DNA of 64,000 nucleotides from Bacteroidota bacterium (GTDB taxonomy: Bacteria > Bacteroidota > Bacteroidia > UBA7662 > CANHCV01). Position 1 is the first letter of the stretch, and each line of letters starts with the position of its first letter. This document shows, in pieces, positions 60,876 through 64,000 of this stretch. The notes beneath the pieces are model-generated. The model worked only from the letters and a program-made list of their open reading frames with translations. It was not told the origin of the DNA and made no database searches. A program made the position numbers and the translations under genes. Location: the NCBI GenBank assembly GCA_947501265.1, contig CANMVY010000010.1:19569-83568 (forward strand), written 5' to 3'.

Positions 60876-62267
60876 TTATTTTCCGACCATTTTGGAAGGA
60901 TCCACCCAAAGATCGAATTCCTCGTTGGTCACATACCCCAAAGTCACGGCGGCTTCCCGCAACGTTGTTCCTTCTTTATGGGCTTTCTTCGCAATTTCAG
61001 CAGCTTTGTAATAACCAATGTGCGGATTCAAAGAAGTGACCAACATCAAGCTGTTATCCAAGTGTTGTTTGATGGTAGGCAAGTTGGGAAGAATTCCATC
61101 GGCGCACTTTTCGGTGAAACTTACGCAAGCATCGCCCAACAAACGAGCACTTTGTAAAACGTTAGCGGCAATTAACGGTTTAAACACGTTCAATTCAAAA
61201 TGTCCGTTTGAGCCACCAATGGAAACGGCAACGTCGTTCCCCATCACTTGAGCGCAAACCATGGTTAACGCTTCGGGTTGGGTTGGATTCACTTTGCCGG
61301 GCATGATGGAAGATCCAGGTTCGTTATCGGGAATAATGATTTCTCCGATGCCGGAACGTGGTCCGGAACTGAGCATGCGAATGTCGTTTCCAACTTTCAT
61401 CAAGGCAACGGCCGACCGTTTTAAAGCACCGCTCAACTCTACCATCGCATCGTGGGCAGCCAAGGCTTCAAACTTGTTGGGAGCGGTCACGAAAGGATAA
61501 CCGGTAAACTCGGCAATTTTTGCCGCCACCAAAACATCGTAACCCTTTGGAGCGTTCAACCCGGTTCCAACGGCTGTACCACCAAGAGCCAATTCTTTGA
61601 CCATTTCCAACGCATTCTTAATGGTGCGCATGGAGTTATCAATTTGTTGAACGTATCCGCCGAATTCTTGCCCCAAGGTCAGGGGTGTAGCATCCATGAA
61701 GTGGGTACGTCCGGTTTTTACAATGTGATCAAATTCCTGGGCTTTCTTACTCAACGAATCGCGCAATTGCTGCATTCCGGGAAGGGTAATTTCCATCACT
61801 TGCTTGTAGGCAGCAATGTGCATGGCTGTAGGATAGGTATCGTTGGAACTTTGGCTTTTGTTCACATCGTCGTTCGGATTCAAAACCTTGGTTTCGTCCA
61901 TCAGCGAACCTCCTTGCATCACGTGAGCACGGTAGGCAACCACCTCGTTCACGTTCATGTTGCTTTGGGTACCCGACCCCGTTTGCCAAATTACCAAGGG
62001 GAACTGATCGTCCAACTTTTTGGTTAGGATTTCATCGCAAACTTGGGCAATCAAATCACGTTTTTCAACAGGTAAAACCCCCAATTCGTGGTTGGCAAAA
62101 GCGGCGGCTTTTTTCAAGTAGGCGAAAGCGTAAATGATTTCCTTTGGCATAGAAGCTTCAGGACCAATTTTGAAATTGTTTCGAGAACGTTCGGTTTGAG
62201 CACCCCAATATTTGTCGGCAGGTACTTTTACCTCGCCCATGGTGTCGCGTTCGATGCGGTAATCCAT
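60876..62267 (-). CDS. fumC: Class II fumarate hydratase
   Basis: [29 protein letters not shown]; start at ATG 62267. Confidence 0.98.
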   Translation of the reverse strand: MDYRIERDTMGEVKVPADKYWGAQTERSRNNFKIGPEASMPKEIIYAFAYLKKAAAFANHELGVLPVEKRDLIAQVCDEILTKKLDDQFPLVIWQTGSGTQSNMNVNEVVAYRAHVMQGGSLMDETKVLNPNDDVNKSQSSNDTYPTAMHIAAYKQVMEITLPGMQQLRDSLSKKAQEFDHIVKTGRTHFMDATPLTLGQEFGGYVQQIDNSMRTIKNALEMVKELALGGTAVGTGLNAPKGYDVLVAAKIAEFTGYPFVTAPNKFEALAAHDAMVELSGALKRSAVALMKVGNDIRMLSSGPRSGIGEIIIPDNEPGSSIMPGKVNPTQPEALTMVCAQVMGNDVAVSIGGSNGHFELNVFKPLIAANVLQSARLLGDACVSFTEKCADGILPNLPTIKQHLDNSLMLVTSLNPHIGYYKAAEIAKKAHKEGTTLREAAVTLGYVTNEEFDLWVDPSKMVGK

Positions 62268-62386
62268 AAGAAAATTTTTTCGCAAAGGTAGGAAATCCGA
62301 ATCATTTACGCAGGAATACCACAAAAATGCTTCGTTAATTTTGGAGAAACGAATTGCCCTTATTACTTTTGAAAAAACACACAACT

Positions 62387-62596
62387 ATGAAAAAAGTATT
62401 TTTCCTCCTTTCTTTGGCCGCTCTAGCGTACGGTTCTACTTCTTGCAAAAAATGCATTGAATGTTCTTATCCTGTTGGCGGTGGTGTTCGCACCCAAGAA
62501 ATCTGCGGAAGCACAACTGCGGTTGACAACGGTAAAGCAACCTTTATTTCTGAAGCCGGTGCCGACAGCGCAAAAGTGGTTTGCGTGGATAAATAA
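62387..62596 (+). CDS. Small Cys-rich lipoprotein (69 aa)
   Basis: MKKVF...STSC-KKCIEC...EIC...VC; TACTTTTG at 62364-62371; own terminator. Confidence 0.82.
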   Translation: MKKVFFLLSLAALAYGSTSCKKCIECSYPVGGGVRTQEICGSTTAVDNGKATFISEAGADSAKVVCVDK

Positions 62597-62614
62597 TTTC
62601 GGATAAATACCAAT

Positions 62615-62640
62615 AAAGAAGGGGCTTGATGCCCCTTTTT
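62615..62640 (+). terminator. Intrinsic terminator
   Basis: AAGGGGC-TTGAT-GCCCCTT followed by T-run. Confidence 0.85.
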
Positions 62641-62781
62641 GTTTTTAAAAGATGCGTTGTGGTATTGGGATTAACAGCAGAAACGTTTTGTAGCGGAAAA
62701 CATGAGGCGTTGGTTTTCTTTTGAAAAATGGGAGGATAGATTTTTAATTGGTAGACTCGATAATCATTTTCTTCGAAAATT

Positions 62782-62857
62782 CATGGTCCCTGAGCCCCGT
62801 CGAAGGGCTCGAGGACCGTCGGGGTGGTCGAGTCCTTCGGCAGGCTCAGGAACCATG
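62782..62857. repeat. Inverted pair of REP-like elements (REPIN-like)
   Basis: CATGGTCCCTGAGCCCCGTCGAAGGGCTCGA ... TCGAGTCCTTCGGCAGGCTCAGGAACCATG; third copy at 63252-63276. Confidence 0.85.
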
Positions 62858-62949
62858 TCCTGACATCCGTCGGGAAGTATTGAGACCACCTATTACGCAA
62901 ACGGGAGCGAATATGGTTGTAGGATAAAAAATTAGAAGTTCGAGGAAAC

Positions 62950-62968
62950 GGGGGCTACCGCCCCCTAC
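62950..62968 (-). repeat. GTAG-type REP-like hairpin
   Basis: Minus strand GTAG-GGGGC-GGTA-GCCCC. Confidence 0.55.
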
Positions 62969-63010
62969 CCAAGTCAAATTTACGTGATTTCATGATCATA
63001 GCCGTATCGT

Positions 63011-63050
63011 AAACGTTTATAAACGGATAGAAACGTTTTTAAACGTTTCA
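63011..63050. repeat. Four phased AAACG decamers
   Basis: AAACGTTTAT AAACGGATAG AAACGTTTTT AAACGTTTCA. Confidence 0.85.
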
Positions 63051-63075
63051 TTTACGACTAGCAAAAATTTAACGC

Positions 63076-63260
63076 CTAACTTTACTTCCGGGGAGGGGTG
63101 GACATGGTCCCCGATTTTGATTTTCCTTTTGGGGTTTACTTCAATAATTGGTTATTTTCTCATGTAGTGAATAACCATCAGCCATCTTTAAGAAAATTGG
63201 AAACGGTTGAAACGTCTCTATTGGCTAACTTTACTTCCGGGGAGGGGTGGACATGGTCCC
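63076..63260. repeat. Two exact 36-bp direct repeats (63076-63111, 63225-63260)
   Basis: CTAACTTTACTTCCGGGGAGGGGTGGACATGGTCCC twice, 113 bp apart. Confidence 0.95.
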
Positions 63261-63530
63261 TGTGCTTGCCGAAGGGTGTCCCCCTTTATTTTAAGGTCCA
63301 ATTTCAAAGGGTAATCCCTGATTTTTCCCTAAGGACTCTCAAAGGGAGAAGGGCGATCCCTTGGAAAATTGAAGCAAATTACTCGTAAGTCCTACTTCAA
63401 GAACCTTGGCGATCCAACCGTCTTTCCATCCAAAAAGTTTTTACGCCTACATTCCCTCCATACCTCATACTCCTCTCGAAAAAACTTATGCGTCTTATTT
63501 CCTGAATCAACCCCAACTGCCTTCCGAAAA

Positions 63531-63893
63531 TTAGTTTTTCCGGGTCATCAAACTCCAGGAATCGGCAATCAAGTACACCATGTACAAAATCAGGAACTGA
63601 ACCACGTGAACCTTGAACGGCTCCGCAAATCCGAATTTTAACAAAAGCACAAACATCAACGATAGGAAAAAACGAAGTCCGGTGGCTCCCATGAATCGGG
63701 TAACAAACTTTTTGGGGTCTTTCCCCGCCCCAATCACATAACCAGAAATGCCGTAGAGCAAAAACAAAAAGGCGTGAGCCGCCCACGTCCCTGCATCGGC
63801 CAAGGCCCAAATCGCATCACCACCAACCGCTATTAAAATAAACTGAATGCTGGCCATTCCGGCACCACAAAAAACCAAGATTTTCGTTTTCAT
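63531..63893 (-). CDS. AtpI-like 4-TM protein (Bacteroidota ATP synthase accessory)
   Basis: Four TMs, FV-x-x-FM-x-x-T-x-x-R pattern, ATGA-coupled to AtpZ-family gene. Confidence 0.7.
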   Translation of the reverse strand: MKTKILVFCGAGMASIQFILIAVGGDAIWALADAGTWAAHAFLFLLYGISGYVIGAGKDPKKFVTRFMGATGLRFFLSLMFVLLLKFGFAEPFKVHVVQFLILYMVYLIADSWSLMTRKN

Positions 63894-64000
63894 TTTTTAA
63901 ACGCTTTTCTAAACATGACCCACATCGCTCCACCCACCCCTAAAAGGCTGCCTACGAGGGTAAGCCACGGTTTTGTACCCAACCAAGCATCGCCTTTCCA
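63890..64000 (-). CDS. AtpZ/AtpI family protein, 3' part (continues beyond window)
   Basis: ...WKGDAWLGTKPWLTLVGSLLGVGGAMWVMFRKAFKK* (D-x4-T-x-P-W motif). Confidence 0.75.
   Translation of the reverse strand, partial: WKGDAWLGTKPWLTLVGSLLGVGGAMWVMFRKAFKK

Noticed and set aside
63076-63260. 36-bp direct repeats as a CRISPR array
   Set aside because: Only two copies, the 113-bp spacer is far too long, no typical repeat termini and no cas genes in the window
63098-63810. Track ORFs 63098-63388, 63369-63641, 63397-63810
   Set aside because: Run through repeats or overlap the AtpI-like gene; no recognisable protein features

Overview
Chromosomal segment of a free-living Bacteroidota bacterium. 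Evidence: TAnnTTTG promoter elements, T9SS C-terminal sorting domains, Bacteroidota-specific families and a green proteorhodopsin. Most of the window is housekeeping and metabolic genes in shuffled order: ahcY, coaE, folP, smpB, mntR, a T1SS-type ABC-HlyD-TolC set, iscA, anmK, surA, pdxJ, paaR-paaABCD, mnmH, plsC, trmH, mazG, fumC and the atpZ/atpI head. There is also a Cys-rich ORF/TonB receptor/HMA heavy-metal locus and several scattered single glycan-biosynthesis genes. Best candidate for an undescribed system: an AT-rich islet (~27.07-30.5 kb) at the 3' side of tRNA-Ser(GGA). In it an XRE regulator is divergent from a tight three-gene operon encoding a pure 11x13-aa DxDGDG-repeat acidic protein, a double zinc-ribbon/multi-TM/SH3-like protein and a Cys-rich lipoprotein. 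Other points of interest: a possible ATP12-like chaperone, two tandem C-x5-C-P-x-F micro-lipoproteins (one absent from the ORF track), a Gly-fenestrated rhodopsin, an exact PaaR operator, several apparently leaderless genes, and a repeat-packed non-coding stretch (62.6-63.5 kb) where atpB would normally follow. All family calls are by-eye motif recognition, not database searches.
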